The notes beneath the pieces are model-generated. The model saw only the letters and a list, made by a program, of their open reading frames with translations, did not search any database and was not told where the DNA came from. A program made the translations under genes and the position numbers. Below, piece after piece: positions 19,130-27,018 of a stretch of 64,000 nucleotides of DNA; position 1 is the stretch's first letter; every line of letters starts with the position of its first letter. This DNA comes from a virus (lineage: Duplodnaviria > Caudoviricetes). Location: IMG/VR virus record IMGVR_UViG_3300036782_000001, positions 3,754-67,753 of that record; one strand, written 5' to 3'.

Positions 19130-19282
19130 GTAAGTTGGAAATGTGACAGTGGTAGATGCATAAGTGTCATGGGGTCACACAGTACGCATGAAGGGGTTTA
19201 GGGCGTACGGTCAGGGAACTCTAGCTAAAGGGTAATATCGAGAAGGGTCGCTAGAACGTAGGTCATCTGGTTCATGGCTTAC
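19130..19282 (+). ncRNA. Candidate multibranch ncRNA with purine-rich loops
   Basis: Closing GTAAGTT/GGCTTAC; inner stems TGTGAC/GTCACA, GTACGC/GCGTAC, TCTAGC/GCTAGA. Confidence 0.45.
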
Positions 19283-19417
19283 ATACTAAACGAACAACTG
19301 TTCGTTGTCTTTTAACAATACTGTTTGTTTTCGTGAGTATTGTTCTACTGAACGTATGTGTAGTGTGGAAAGCTTACATACACCCGATAGTGGGTGTGGA
19401 AAGCCCACTATCATCTT

Positions 19418-19489
19418 TACCCCATAGCTTAAAGGTAAGAGCAACTAGTCAAGGCTAGGGAGGTGCAAGTTCGAAACTTGTTGGGGTAG
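19418..19489 (+). tRNA. Degenerate tRNA-like gene with abnormal anticodon loop
   Basis: TACCCCA/TGGGGTA acceptor, GCTT/GAGC D arm, GCAAG-TTCGAAA-CTTGT T arm; anticodon arm CTAG-TCAAGG-CTAG (6-nt loop). Confidence 0.65.
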
Positions 19490-19606
19490 TTGTGCGGGAG
19501 CACATATCTATTGTTTGTGGGAGGACAATAGGTGATTATCTCTATAGTGGTGACTTAGGACGCCACTACTACAGAGAGGTAGGCATTGCGAGTGCCTACT
19601 AATCAT

Positions 19607-19685
19607 GAGAGGGTTATCTGATTCAATAGAGTCCGATAGCAGGTTTGGATATAGCAAGGGGGTTCGAATCCCTCCACCTCTCTCC
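19607..19685 (+). tRNA. Degenerate tRNA-like element (possibly Cys-derived)
   Basis: GAGAGG/CCTCTC acceptor, TCCGA-TAGCAGGT-TTGGA arm with GCA in an 8-nt loop, GGGGG-TTCGAAT-CCCTC T arm. Confidence 0.5.
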
Positions 19686-19833
19686 TATCATGAAGGTGAC
19701 TGTGAATTGGTCACAGTACTATTGGGGGCATCCCCCTGACACCTTCACCGTCTACTATCCCATTATTAACTGCGACATGGTATGTTTCTTTGTGAACATC
19801 CTAGTGGTAGGTGTCGGAGCCTACCACATCCCT

Positions 19834-20389
19834 GGGGGTATAGTTCAACAGGTAGAACAGGAGGTTTAATATGTGGAAAGCTTACATCTCTAACTATGAG
19901 ATAAGTAACACAGGTCAGCTTAGAAATACTAAGACTGGCAGAGTATTAAAGTCCAAGATGTCCAATAAGGGTTATGTTAAGTATGGTGTATCGGTTTCTG
20001 GAAAGTATAAGGATGTGTTTGCACACAGAGCGGTAGCAGAAGCATTCATACCTAACCCAGACAATAAACCACAGGTTAATCATAAGGATGGCAACAAGCA
20101 GAATAATGACTACACTAATCTAGAGTGGTCTACTAGTTCTGAAAATATTGTACATGCTTATGAGAATAATCTGATGAACAGTAGTCATTGTGTGAAGGCT
20201 GTAATTCAGCTATCTAAGAATGGTGAAGAGGTTCATACTTATGGTTCTATAGAGGAAGCAGCAGCTAGTATAGGAGGGAGTCCCTCTCATATAAACGCTT
20301 GTTGTAGAGGACGTAGAAACACCCATAGAGGATACCGTTGGTCTTATGCCTATTAACCACCGACATAGGTTCGAATCCTATTGCCCTCG
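19834..20389 (+). tRNA. tRNA (Asn-like) split in the anticodon arm by an HNH gene
   Basis: 5' half GGGGGTA TA GTTC AACAGGTA GAAC A GGAGG (19834-19864); 3' half CTATTAA CCACC GAC ATAGG TTCGAAT CCTAT TGCCCTC G (20350-20389). Confidence 0.8.
19871..20356 (+). CDS. NUMOD4-HNH homing endonuclease with C-terminal NUMOD1-like HTH
   Basis: WK..YEISNTGQLR, AHRAVAEAFIPNPDNKPQVNHKDGNKQNN..NLEW, SIEEAA...HINACC. Confidence 0.92.
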   Translation: MWKAYISNYEISNTGQLRNTKTGRVLKSKMSNKGYVKYGVSVSGKYKDVFAHRAVAEAFIPNPDNKPQVNHKDGNKQNNDYTNLEWSTSSENIVHAYENNLMNSSHCVKAVIQLSKNGEEVHTYGSIEEAAASIGGSPSHINACCRGRRNTHRGYRWSYAY

Positions 20390-20390
20390 T

Positions 20391-20830
20391 ATCTGCTAAG
20401 TCAGAGAACAGCGTGTAAGAGTGCTGTATACTAACTATACTATGTGTGGTTAGAAAGTCAAATTTTGCTTTGTTGGTATCGGAAAATACTGACTAGCACC
20501 TCACTAAAGGTGGGAAAGGTACCCCACACGCTAGTGCCTCTAACACTAGTTACCAGAGATGCAGGATACACCGCCCTGCTTAGTGAAAGTCACTTTGCCA
20601 GTTAATCTGGCATTATCACATACCGTAAAGGTATGGTTTTATGTAAATTTATTAGCTCAATTAATCTTGAGTGCTAACACTAGGTAGAGGACAAAACTAC
20701 CGAATATAAAAAGCAGTTCACACTATCTACAATCCAGACGGATAGCATGCAGTGGGGCATGTTCATGTGGACTTAAAAGGTATACTGGGGTGCTGGATAC
20801 TCTGGTATACCTGGAACCCCCACTTACATA
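20391..20830 (+). ncRNA. Candidate large structured ncRNA (~440 nt)
   Basis: No ORF; at least ten short perfect hairpins plus long-range complementarities. Confidence 0.5.
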
Positions 20831-20837
20831 TAATATT

Positions 20838-21030
20838 TTCCCCAAGGCTCTGCTAGATGACGGTTTCGAGTCCGAATACAAGTACTGAGAGTAGCTACTC
20901 GTGGAACGTATAAAATGGCAGCCTTCTAGTATTCCCCCAGATTAGGGTTCGATTCCCTGTTACTACTTTACTAGTACTGGTCTAGCTAACCGTGGAACGT
21001 GTAGTAACATCTTGGAGAAGTCTTGGGGAA
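20838..21030 (+). ncRNA. Candidate ncRNA with two tandem T-loop-containing domains
   Basis: Terminal stem TTCCCCAAGGCT/AGTCTTGGGGAA; duplicated AGTACTG..TAGCTA..CGTGGAACGT. Confidence 0.6.
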
Positions 21031-21234
21031 GGTATTATGTGTCTTCCCACATAGTAGCTTCACTGTATCAGACTGGGGACTACACCCCAGATTTGTTTCC
21101 AGATAACTCAAATTTTGATACAAGCTTGTCAACTGCGGTAGGGGCTTGAACAACCCCTACCCCTCTTTATGTCCACAACATCACAGAATACTCACACCTT
21201 AGATACTGATTTCGATTTTAAATCACAGGGGGTA

Positions 21235-23295
21235 ATGTATTTGAAACCACAAGTAGTTATTTACGGACTAGATTCCAGACCAGTTAACACAGAGTTTGTT
21301 AAGAAGATTGCTAATATTGGTGGAGCTTTTGAGTTAGTTTTTGCTCCAGACTACCTAGTAGGGAAAGAACTAGTTGACTGGATTAAGGAAAATGTACCAG
21401 CAGTAAAAGAATTTATCTTATCTATTGATGCTATTGCATATGGTGATTTAGTAAGCTCTAGATACTACTATGATATCCAAGATGCTAATGACAGACTTCA
21501 TAACACTTTTGAGCCATTACGTGAGGCTTTTCCAGGCATTCCTGTAACAGCCTTTAACAGCATACTACAGTTAGCACCAAACCCTACGTCAGAAGCAGGG
21601 CGTAAAGACGTTAATCTAATACGTGAGTGGCACATTAATAACGACCTAATAAATAACGACTTAATAGGTCAAGAAAGAAATGATGCTATGAACCGTAACA
21701 TCCAAATAGAAAATGAAGTAAACCCAGACAAGTTCTGGAATTGGCAGAAAACAATAGACCGTAACTTAGAAATCAATAGAAAAATGCTAAGTTGGACGGA
21801 TTTAGGATACATCAAAAAACTTGTATTCTTTGTAGACACCTCTAATAAGTATGGACATACAAGTCTGAATAGAAAGTATCTAGAGAAGAAAGTTGCTTCT
21901 TTACCATCTACTCTAGGCGGAAAAGTCCATTTCGTAGCAGGTGAATATGGAACATCTACTCTACTAGTAGGGGGATTACAACAGAAATACTCTGGTATAG
22001 ATTTGTCAATCAATGTCTCCTATACAGACCCAGACCTAGAAAAGGAATGGATTGATATAAATGAGTCTCTTACATTAAACGAAAGTATAGTAAACCACGC
22101 TGGTGCTATTGGCATTAGAACTAACTTTACTACTGATCCTAATGCAATCATTTATGCTCATACTCCTTATTCTAAGGATGATGAATTAATTCGTCTTATA
22201 CAGGAGAACGTGAGTAAAGCTATCGTAATTGTTCCTAGTCAGTCTACAGGATTTATCTCTAGATTACAAAAAGAAGTAGATATTAGTAAGCTACTTGCTT
22301 TCTGTGGAACTGGTAACCCTAGCTCTCAGATTGGTCTTGCTATTGGACACGCAATTTCTAGACTGATTGCCTTGAAGACAGCTATGGCTAATGGTAACGG
22401 TGGATTAGCAACGACAACTCACGTTGATGCACTACTTAAACAGTTCTCTAATGTAATCTACATGAAGAAGCTATTTGGACATATCAGTGACTTTGCTACC
22501 TCAAAAGGTGTTGATATATTCCAACTAGGTAATATCCAGGAAGAATTATACGCTTACATAGATAAGCTCATGAGACCACGGGTTGTAAGCCTTTATGCTT
22601 CTAAGTTCCATCATAAGAAGATTGCAGTGGATGACGTGGTTAAGTATAACGTGCTGGACAGTAAGTTTACTGGTATCAGAATTCCTTTAAATCACATTAC
22701 AGAGGTGGATATGGAATCTAACTTAGATGTTAGAGTTAATGTACCTTTCTCTAAGGATTTTACAGATGTCCCTTCTAGTCACTGGGCTTATAGCTTTGTT
22801 ATGGCGCTTCGTAAGTTAAAGGTATTCCCTACTGGAGACTATTTCTATCCAGACGCTCCAATGCTACGACATCAATTAGTGTCAGTTATATTCTCTTTAT
22901 TTAAATTTGACACTAGTATAACATCTATACCTAATCCTATGTTTAAAGATGTTCCTAACACTCATCCCCTGTATAAGGAGATTGTTATGATCAACCACTT
23001 AGGTATAATGAAAGGTACAGAAAATGGTACATTTATACCAGACGGAGAGCTAACTAGAGCGGATATTGCAGTTATCCTATCAAACCTATTCTCTTTAAAA
23101 ACAACTCTGAAATATGACAATGTACCAAACTATTTCAGTGACTCTGGAGTAATTAGTTCAGCACAAGAGTCTATAAACTTTATAGCTCGTGTAGGAATTG
23201 CTTCTGTACCTGACAATAAACTATTTAATCCAACTGGAACAGCAACTAAAGCTATGGTTGCTACCTTCCTTGGTAGATCACTAGAAGTACTATAA
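21235..23295 (+). CDS. DUF4127-like protein with three C-terminal SLH domains
   Basis: LDSRPVN, SIDAIAYGDLVSSR; SLH repeats FTDVPSSHWAY, FKDVPNTHP...GIMKG..GTF.PDGELTRAD, FNPTGTATKA; start 21235 or TTG 21241. Confidence 0.75.
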   Translation: MYLKPQVVIYGLDSRPVNTEFVKKIANIGGAFELVFAPDYLVGKELVDWIKENVPAVKEFILSIDAIAYGDLVSSRYYYDIQDANDRLHNTFEPLREAFPGIPVTAFNSILQLAPNPTSEAGRKDVNLIREWHINNDLINNDLIGQERNDAMNRNIQIENEVNPDKFWNWQKTIDRNLEINRKMLSWTDLGYIKKLVFFVDTSNKYGHTSLNRKYLEKKVASLPSTLGGKVHFVAGEYGTSTLLVGGLQQKYSGIDLSINVSYTDPDLEKEWIDINESLTLNESIVNHAGAIGIRTNFTTDPNAIIYAHTPYSKDDELIRLIQENVSKAIVIVPSQSTGFISRLQKEVDISKLLAFCGTGNPSSQIGLAIGHAISRLIALKTAMANGNGGLATTTHVDALLKQFSNVIYMKKLFGHISDFATSKGVDIFQLGNIQEELYAYIDKLMRPRVVSLYASKFHHKKIAVDDVVKYNVLDSKFTGIRIPLNHITEVDMESNLDVRVNVPFSKDFTDVPSSHWAYSFVMALRKLKVFPTGDYFYPDAPMLRHQLVSVIFSLFKFDTSITSIPNPMFKDVPNTHPLYKEIVMINHLGIMKGTENGTFIPDGELTRADIAVILSNLFSLKTTLKYDNVPNYFSDSGVISSAQESINFIARVGIASVPDNKLFNPTGTATKAMVATFLGRSLEVL

Positions 23296-23396
23296 AAGAG
23301 TTAAAAACCCTAAGATACTAAATCTTAGGGTTTTTTCTATTATAAGGGGAAAACTCACAACCACTCGACTTTCTTTTATTAAAGGAGTGGTGATAG

Positions 23397-24305
23397 ATGA
23401 AGCACTGGGAACATACAGAAGTGGTAGATATGCCTGCGTACAAGGAGTTCTTGCAGTTTGGTACTCCTATTATGCCTAGCACTCAATTACCCTTCAATAC
23501 AGCAGTTTACGTAGTTTGTGATGGTGGCTCTAAGCAGTTAGAAGGTATCTATGACAAGACTGTCGGTGGTATCAGACCCCTTAAAGACACTAAAGCTCCA
23601 AACCGTGACCTAAGACTGTATAAAGATGCAATCCAATCAGAGAATATCACAGTACTAGCAGTGGATGGATTAATGGGAACAGGTAAGACATCTACCATTG
23701 TTGAAGCATTAATTAAGAAGCATCTAAGTAATGTTCATTTACCAGACCATGTATTTGCAAGTGGTAACTGGAAACCAGACCCAGATGTACACAAGATACT
23801 TATCTCTAAGCCTGCTGTAAACGCTGGTGAAGAGGAATATGGTTTCTTACCTGGGGATATTAATGAGAAGATGATTCCTACTCTTCGTAACTACACCCAA
23901 TATTTTGATAGAAACCATCAATCAGGTTTCAGTAACCTTAATACAGCTGGCTATGTTGAGGTACTACCCTTAGGATTCGTTCGTGGTATGGATGCAATGA
24001 ATACTGACTTAGTAGTCGATGAATGTCAGAATACTAAAGAGTTAGTAACAATCGTATCTAGAAGGGCAGAGAATTCTAGAATATTTTTAATAGGAGATAC
24101 TTCTCCATTCCAAATAGACCTTAAAGGGAATACCCCGACTAAGAATGGTCTCAATGACATCATTGACCTCTTACAGGGAGCAGAATACTTCCAGTATATT
24201 GAAATGAAATCCCTAGAAAACATCGTAAGAAGCTACGAGGTAAGGGATTTAGTGAGAAGACTGTTTAAGAAGCATGGTGCTAACCCTCAAGAGTGGCGTT
24301 CTTAG
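23397..24305 (+). CDS. phoH: PhoH-family ATPase
   Basis: GLMGTGKT, GFLPGDINEK, VRG, VDECQN, GDTSPFQID, IVRS. Confidence 0.9.
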   Translation: MKHWEHTEVVDMPAYKEFLQFGTPIMPSTQLPFNTAVYVVCDGGSKQLEGIYDKTVGGIRPLKDTKAPNRDLRLYKDAIQSENITVLAVDGLMGTGKTSTIVEALIKKHLSNVHLPDHVFASGNWKPDPDVHKILISKPAVNAGEEEYGFLPGDINEKMIPTLRNYTQYFDRNHQSGFSNLNTAGYVEVLPLGFVRGMDAMNTDLVVDECQNTKELVTIVSRRAENSRIFLIGDTSPFQIDLKGNTPTKNGLNDIIDLLQGAEYFQYIEMKSLENIVRSYEVRDLVRRLFKKHGANPQEWRS

Positions 24306-24373
24306 GTATTTCCAAGGTACACAAGGTGGGGTATTTGTTACCTCACCTTATATTAATGTAAGGGGGACTACAC

Positions 24374-24556
24374 ATGGCTATGACAAAGGTTCAGCTAATT
24401 ACAGGTATTATCTATACTGAAGAGCCTGCTACTAAACTACGCTCATTCCTACAGGGTGGAGTTAAAACAGGAACATTCGTAGGATATACTGATGAGAATA
24501 AGACTGATAAGGTTATTGTAGCGGTTCATGCAATGGAATATATTTTTGTTAAGTAG
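24374..24556 (+). CDS. Small hypothetical protein
   Basis: RBS AAGGGGG; terminator follows. Confidence 0.65.
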   Translation: MAMTKVQLITGIIYTEEPATKLRSFLQGGVKTGTFVGYTDENKTDKVIVAVHAMEYIFVK

Positions 24557-24649
24557 AGGTCTCTAAAAAGAGACCTTTTCTTATGCAGGAGAGAGGTTTT
24601 GAGAATCTCTTTCTTTTAAGGTAAAAATCAAAGGAATGGAGAGATTCAC

Positions 24650-25228
24650 ATGACTTGTGAACGTGTAGCACCAAAGACCATTAATCTAGTACCAGAATCA
24701 TACAATAACCCTAGAATACTAAGAGGGACTTGGATTTACTCCCATCCCACTAAACCAATGCCCTCCCTCCCATTTGTCTATAGATTTAGGGAGATTATAG
24801 CTCAAAGCAGACAGTGTGGGGATAACTCGCAGGTAGTATTTGATGCAATTACTAATTATCCTACTTTAACTAATAAAGTCAATTTAACCCTAGAACAAGT
24901 GGCAGATAATAGGATGACTAAGAGAAGGATGAACTACATGGATGGTTCACTAACTCTAAGTGCTACTGAGGAGAACTACCTAGCAGCAGCTAAGGAAGTT
25001 ATAGACTCTCATTTTGCTGGGCTGTACTATAAGTATATGAGAAGTGGAACAGTTGTAGGATTGAAAATAAATACCTCTAGTAAGGCTATTTATGCTATGA
25101 CTTGTGAAGTTAACAGTTTCCTAAATGAAGTGGTGCTTAGAGGGGGAAAACTAAGCTCAACCAGTGTATATAGAATTATGGGTATTCTAAATAAGAACTT
25201 TGAGTTATTACAGGAGGAATTGGAATGA
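24650..25228 (+). CDS. Hypothetical protein
   Basis: RBS GGAG; 192 aa. Confidence 0.7.
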   Translation: MTCERVAPKTINLVPESYNNPRILRGTWIYSHPTKPMPSLPFVYRFREIIAQSRQCGDNSQVVFDAITNYPTLTNKVNLTLEQVADNRMTKRRMNYMDGSLTLSATEENYLAAAKEVIDSHFAGLYYKYMRSGTVVGLKINTSSKAIYAMTCEVNSFLNEVVLRGGKLSSTSVYRIMGILNKNFELLQEELE

Positions 25229-25425
25229 TTACACTTTTAGTGTTATGTATAGGATTATTTTTAGGTGCAGGTGCAATTTTGGTGTTAACAGGTATACAAA
25301 TAAAGGGAGACAGTGAGTACATTGTCAACTTTACAATCGTGTGTATTCTCTTCATAGTGTTCTGGTTATCCCTTGGGGGTATAATTCAGAGCATAGTATA
25401 TTTAATTACAGGGAGGTTTATCTAA
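25225..25425 (+). CDS. Two-TM membrane protein
   Basis: Hydrophobic helices, ATGA overlap. Confidence 0.65.
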   Translation: MITLLVLCIGLFLGAGAILVLTGIQIKGDSEYIVNFTIVCILFIVFWLSLGGIIQSIVYLITGRFI

Positions 25426-25640
25426 TGGCTTTTACATTAATGAAATGGAATGAACAATACGGTGGAGATGCTAAGTTTGTAGTGCGAGATGATGATACTG
25501 GTAAACAAAGTATGTTTACCCCTGGTAGAGCACAAGATGTCGTCTGGACTAACAGTGACTTAGCCAATGCACCAGAGATGTCTAAGTGGAGTGACTTTGG
25601 TGATGAAACAGTAGACAATTTAGAAGATGTAGCATTTTAA
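25425..25640 (+). CDS. Small acidic protein
   Basis: ATG 25425 after GGGAGGT; terminator at about 25647-25680. Confidence 0.7.
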   Translation: MAFTLMKWNEQYGGDAKFVVRDDDTGKQSMFTPGRAQDVVWTNSDLANAPEMSKWSDFGDETVDNLEDVAF

Positions 25641-25704
25641 TTGTGTAAGCCCTTACAATAGTAAGGGCTTATTTTTATTTAGAGAAGTCGGGAGGTGGGT
25701 TAGA

Positions 25705-27018
25705 ATGGAGTTAATTATAAACATCAACAAAGCCAGAGTCCTTAATACAGGCAAACTAGTTAAACGTGCTGTTCAAGTAAAAGGACAGGGTGGTAGAACA
25801 TTCACTCGTATGCAATGGATAAATCCTGATAAAGGTAAACCAGTAATGGAGACATCACATGAAGGACATGAAGACCCTCATGCACATAGAGTAGCTAACA
25901 TGAGTCCTGAACAGAAGCATTCTATGGTCAATCATTTTGTATCTAATAATAGGGATGAAGCGAATGACCTAGCAATGACTACAGGACAGAAGAGAGCACC
26001 TTATGTAGCAGACCATCAGGTTACCCAGCACTTAATGGATCATGCACACAAGATACCTCATGAATACGTGAAAGACCACTTGGATAGTAAAGAGTCAAAG
26101 CCTAGTCTAAATGTAGTGGGAAGTGACCTTCCAGAGAAGGAAGTTAACAAGCGTATGGGTAAGGAAGGTAGCTTAGACTTGTCCAAACTCAATACAGGGG
26201 CTTCAATGTATGACGACGACATCTTTAAAGAAGATACAGAGTATGCTAGTGAGGAAGGTCTTAACCCAGAGAAGGAATTTAGACATGTATTCAAAGACGT
26301 TACTAAAGCTGGTATTGAGAATGTATTTTCTGACCCTAAGGGTAACTGGACTGCACAGGTATCAGGTTATGACCTATTCCAGGATGGGGATAACGTGAAC
26401 TGTGGCTTAAACATGACCCTATACGACAAGGATGGGGAGAAGATGGGACATATCATACGTTCAGCTTACCATGACGCAGATGGCACTCTACAGATACACA
26501 ATGATGAGATGGAGTTAAAGACACAGTATCATGGTAAAGGGGTAGCCCAAACTATATACGACAGGTCTGAACAACTATGGAGACACCTATCAGGTGGGCA
26601 CAAGGTGGAGATAAACCTGACAGCCAATATCAGTGTTGGTGCATATGCATGGTCTAAGAAAGGCTTTGATTTTGCTAATGACAAGGAGCTAAAGATGGCT
26701 AGGGAAGAACTGAAACAATTCTGTAGAGGCAATGATATTAGCCTAGCAGATGTGCTTAAGAAGAGTGGACACAAGAGCGTAGATGATTTAAACCACTCAT
26801 GGCAGTTCTCTACACTACAGAATGGTAAGTCCTATGAACTTGACAAAGTTATAGACCCTAAATATAAAAAGGACGTTGAAGGTAGAGAAGGTCATTTTGG
26901 TAAGGCTTTCATGCTAGGTGGACTAGGTATATGGGACGGTAAAAAGACACTAAACGATGACCATTCTTCAGAAAAAGTAGGTGAAATACATGGCAGAGCA
27001 ACTAAAAAGAACAGCTAG
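25705..27018 (+). CDS. Tagged putative virion cargo protein with GNAT acetyltransferase (paralog of 1704..3548)
   Basis: N-terminal tag MELIININKA..LNTGKLVKR..RMQWINP; YHGKGVA, ANISVGAYAWSKKGFDF. Confidence 0.78.
   Translation: MELIININKARVLNTGKLVKRAVQVKGQGGRTFTRMQWINPDKGKPVMETSHEGHEDPHAHRVANMSPEQKHSMVNHFVSNNRDEANDLAMTTGQKRAPYVADHQVTQHLMDHAHKIPHEYVKDHLDSKESKPSLNVVGSDLPEKEVNKRMGKEGSLDLSKLNTGASMYDDDIFKEDTEYASEEGLNPEKEFRHVFKDVTKAGIENVFSDPKGNWTAQVSGYDLFQDGDNVNCGLNMTLYDKDGEKMGHIIRSAYHDADGTLQIHNDEMELKTQYHGKGVAQTIYDRSEQLWRHLSGGHKVEINLTANISVGAYAWSKKGFDFANDKELKMAREELKQFCRGNDISLADVLKKSGHKSVDDLNHSWQFSTLQNGKSYELDKVIDPKYKKDVEGREGHFGKAFMLGGLGIWDGKKTLNDDHSSEKVGEIHGRATKKNS

Noticed and set aside
19645-19869. 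74-aa ORF in the RNA island
   Set aside because: Runs through tRNA-like elements and hairpins; no RBS
19865-20356. Group I or II intron in the split tRNA
   Set aside because: The insert is almost entirely HNH ORF; no recognisable catalytic core or flanking intron sequence
18781-21168. CRISPR array or tmRNA
   Set aside because: No regularly spaced direct repeats; no tag reading frame or matching tmRNA ends identified
25425-25640. Possible homology to 15801..16088 (KW...DN.ED)
   Set aside because: Match too short to support without a profile search
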